A stretch of 64,000 nt of DNA from Vitrella brassicaformis CCMP3155 (taxonomy: Eukaryota; Protista; Chromerida). Below the pieces are notes generated by a model. It saw only the letters and a program-made list of their open reading frames with translations, searched no databases and had not been told where the DNA came from. The stretch's first letter is position 1. Every line of letters starts with the position of its first letter. The position numbers and the translations under genes were made by a program. Positions 61,501-64,000 of the stretch are shown here, one piece after another. The stretch covers positions 1 through 64,000 of the forward strand of contig CDMY01000478.1 in NCBI GenBank assembly GCA_001179505.1, read 5' to 3'.

Positions 61501-63916
61501 GCAGACGGATATCAAGACGACGGACTACAGCTGTTTCTGCCGAGTGTGCCACGAGTGTGAAGAGCTCAAGAACGACTGGCTCAAACGCCATCCAGGGGTA
61601 ATACCCACACACATCATAGCGCACCACACACAAAGGCAGACGTCTGTGGATGCGTGCAGTTCGCCAGCACTGACAACTCATATCAGTGCGCAGCGTGTTC
61701 GGGGCTCCCGCTGGCCGACGAACCATGCTGCATGTGCCGCAAAAGCCCATCCCTGCTCAAGAAGCTCTGCTGCGGCGAGGTGAGTCTGTTGACTATGACG
61801 CACAGACACCTGCACACACACCAGAGTCGCCTCTCTCTGTGTTTGTGTCTTGGACGTGGTGCCAGATCATATGTTACTGGTGTGCGATGGACATCATTGT
61901 GGCGCGCGACGCCAGAGCGCGCGAATCCACAGGCGAAGGGGAGGTACTACCACACACAACACACAGCACAGCACAGCACAGCGCAGCACATCACATCACA
62001 TCACATCACATCACACGCAGCCCATGTCCGTCCGTGTGTGTGCCCAGCAGCTCAAGTGTGAGGCCAAGCCGAAGTGTGAGGCCTTCGCCATCACCGACCT
62101 CATTCCCGAGAAGGAGACCCGCCTCCTGCCGCCCCTGTGCGAGCTGTGCGGTGCGTCGATCGCCACCGGCCTGCCCGACACCCAGATCACCACGCAAACC
62201 AAGCGCCGCCCTGCCGGTGTCGTCTGCTGGCGGTGCTATGAGACCGAGGCAAAAAAGGCCGAGAACCAAGGAGAGGTACAGTACCAACACAGACATGCAC
62301 AGACATGCACAGGCAGCCAGGCAGGCATGCACGTGTGTATGTGTGTTTCCTATGTGTGTCTTGCGTGCCCACAGACCACGTTCGTCATCACGGCGGAGAG
62401 GTTCCCCAACTTCAAGGACAAGGTGTCGGTGTACGGCTTCCGCAAGGGACGTGTGAGGCTCCGCGGCCCCCGTGTCGCGCGCAGCATCGGCATCGACCTC
62501 GAGAAGTTTGCCAGCGACCAGTCGAGACGACTGCAGTACGAGGCGGATGGGGGCAGGCGTGACGAGGCGCGAGGGGGCCTCACCGAGCAGAAAATGCAGG
62601 CGGTGCTTGACGGGCAGGCTGCCACCGTGGAGGATCAGAGGTCAGCAAGAGAGAAAGGCAGGGAGCAGGCAGACTCATGCACCATCGGCTATTTCCTCTC
62701 TTGTGTGTCTGGGTGTGTTGACCTTGATCAGCCATCGCTTCACTGGCGATGGGCCCGGCCCCAGTCACTCGCCTCAGCCGCCCAGCACGCCGTCCAACAT
62801 GCCGCCCCCACCGCAGCAGCAGCCGTAAGACCATCCATCACACGCCCTTGGTGTTCTCTGTATCACTTCTGTGTTGTTTGTGGCATGCGCATGTGTGTGT
62901 TTCGGCGCCAGCAGCTCGGCCACACCTGTCTCCAAGGGATTGGTCCTCATCGAGACCGCCAAGCGACGGCCACTCGGCAAAGTGAGCATTTCCCAGCGCT
63001 TTGGCTTCCCAGAACTCATGGACATCCTCATCAAGACTGCTGGTCAGCCAGGAAGCGGGCAATGACGATGTGTGTGTTTCCACCAGTTAATGTGTGTGTG
63101 TGTATGTGTGTGTGTGTCAGGTTACAGCACTCAGTTGACGTACCATGTGTCGACGCTGCCGCAAGGGCGGACGAAGATCACCTTCTCCCGTCCGCCGCTG
63201 TACATGCCCAGGCAATACTTCGACAACGACCCCAAGGCCATCTGGGAGTTTTTGCGAGACCTGTGCCACAGCCCAGCTCACATATTTGCAGACGAGTGTG
63301 AGCTGGACCGCAACTTCGCCACACTTGCACGCGCCTGCGGCATTCTGAGCAACACCGTCAATCGATACCTGATCGAGGCGGCCAGCGACGTGAGCATCGC
63401 CAAGATCCCCGACGCCTTCCAGCAGAGCGAGGCATACAAAGACAAGATATACAGAATCGTCAGGGTCAGCAAGAACAAACCCAAGATAGACAGAGGCGGG
63501 ATGTCCATCGATGTGTGTGCACTCTGTCTGCATGGCATGCAGCTCGATGAGATGATTGGCGGTCAGCTGAAGATACTCGAGGCCCACATGGCAGAGCGAG
63601 GGATGCTGTAGGACATCTTCGCCGGCCTCATGGCCATCTATCATCCCGTCCTCGAGACGCTGCGCATCGAGGCAGACACGGTTGGCGACGTCGCCAACCA
63701 GAACCTCTACAAAGAGATCAACCTGGTACGCCCAATCCATCCATGTGCCCATCCAAATGTGCATCTTATGGTTTGTGTGTCTGTGTTGGTGGATGGATGC
63801 AGTTTGTCGTGCACTTGGCCGAGTACGTGCCCGAGTACGAGGAGTACTGCTTCAACGTGCACGAGCAGCTCTTCTTCATGCGCTTCCAGACACTCGACCA
63901 GCAGCAGACTTCCTAA
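56342..63916 (+). CDS. Very large multi-exon protein: Q/P/G-rich disordered N-terminal half, helical region, OTU-like remnant, Cys-rich zinc-finger cluster and unknown C-terminal domain; start uncertain
   Basis: A chain of exons runs through ORFs 56464.., 58068.., 59876.., 60498.., 61031.., 61229.., 61654.., 61850.. and 63072... Cys motifs include CMCSKC, CFCRVCHEC, CAAC...CCMC...CC, WCQIICYWC, CELC and CWRC. The last exon FVVHLAEYVPEYEEYCFNVHEQLFFMRFQTLDQQQTS* ends at 63916. Confidence 0.7.
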
Positions 63917-64000
63917 CGCCGCCATATGGTGGCTAACGAGCCCCCCTCTGTCTACGGCGAGAACAGGAAGGCGCGCACTCAGGAGAAGAAGATGCAGAAG

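Noticed and set aside
1-64000. Microsatellites ((CA)n, (CAGA)n, (GGAT)n, (GA)n) as special elements; tRNA or rRNA genes
   Set aside because: The microsatellites are the ordinary intron/intergenic texture throughout this window, and no tRNA cloverleaf or rRNA-like sequence was recognised.

Overview
GC-rich, intron-dense eukaryotic nuclear DNA. The short introns are full of (CA)n, (CAGA)n and (GGAT)n microsatellites. Together with an ApiAP2 domain and an expanded lineage-specific LRR-like family, this points to a chromerid alveolate, most likely Vitrella brassicaformis (inference). Recognisable genes: RPL34, a 6TM voltage-gated K+ channel (TTVGYG filter), an RlmI-like SAM methyltransferase, an EGLN/PHD-like 2OG-Fe(II) prolyl hydroxylase and a divergent protein kinase. 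Also present: a small ApiAP2+NUMOD1-like protein, a Crinkler-like ubiquitin-fold header + PD-(D/E)xK nuclease gene, three members of the LRR-like family, a giant Q/P-rich zinc-finger protein and several hypothetical genes. The window is rich in gene debris and reshuffling: a frameshifted, truncated NOT1 copy, a coproporphyrinogen oxidase fragment fused out of frame to a duplicated promoter/leader, a frameshifted J-domain and an orphan Crinkler-like header. Promoter/leader-exon and 3'-end cassettes have been copied onto unrelated gene bodies. There is one 300-N assembly gap with duplicated flanks. No tRNA, rRNA or CRISPR array is supported. All domain calls come from motif recognition by eye, and exon boundaries not stated explicitly are approximate.
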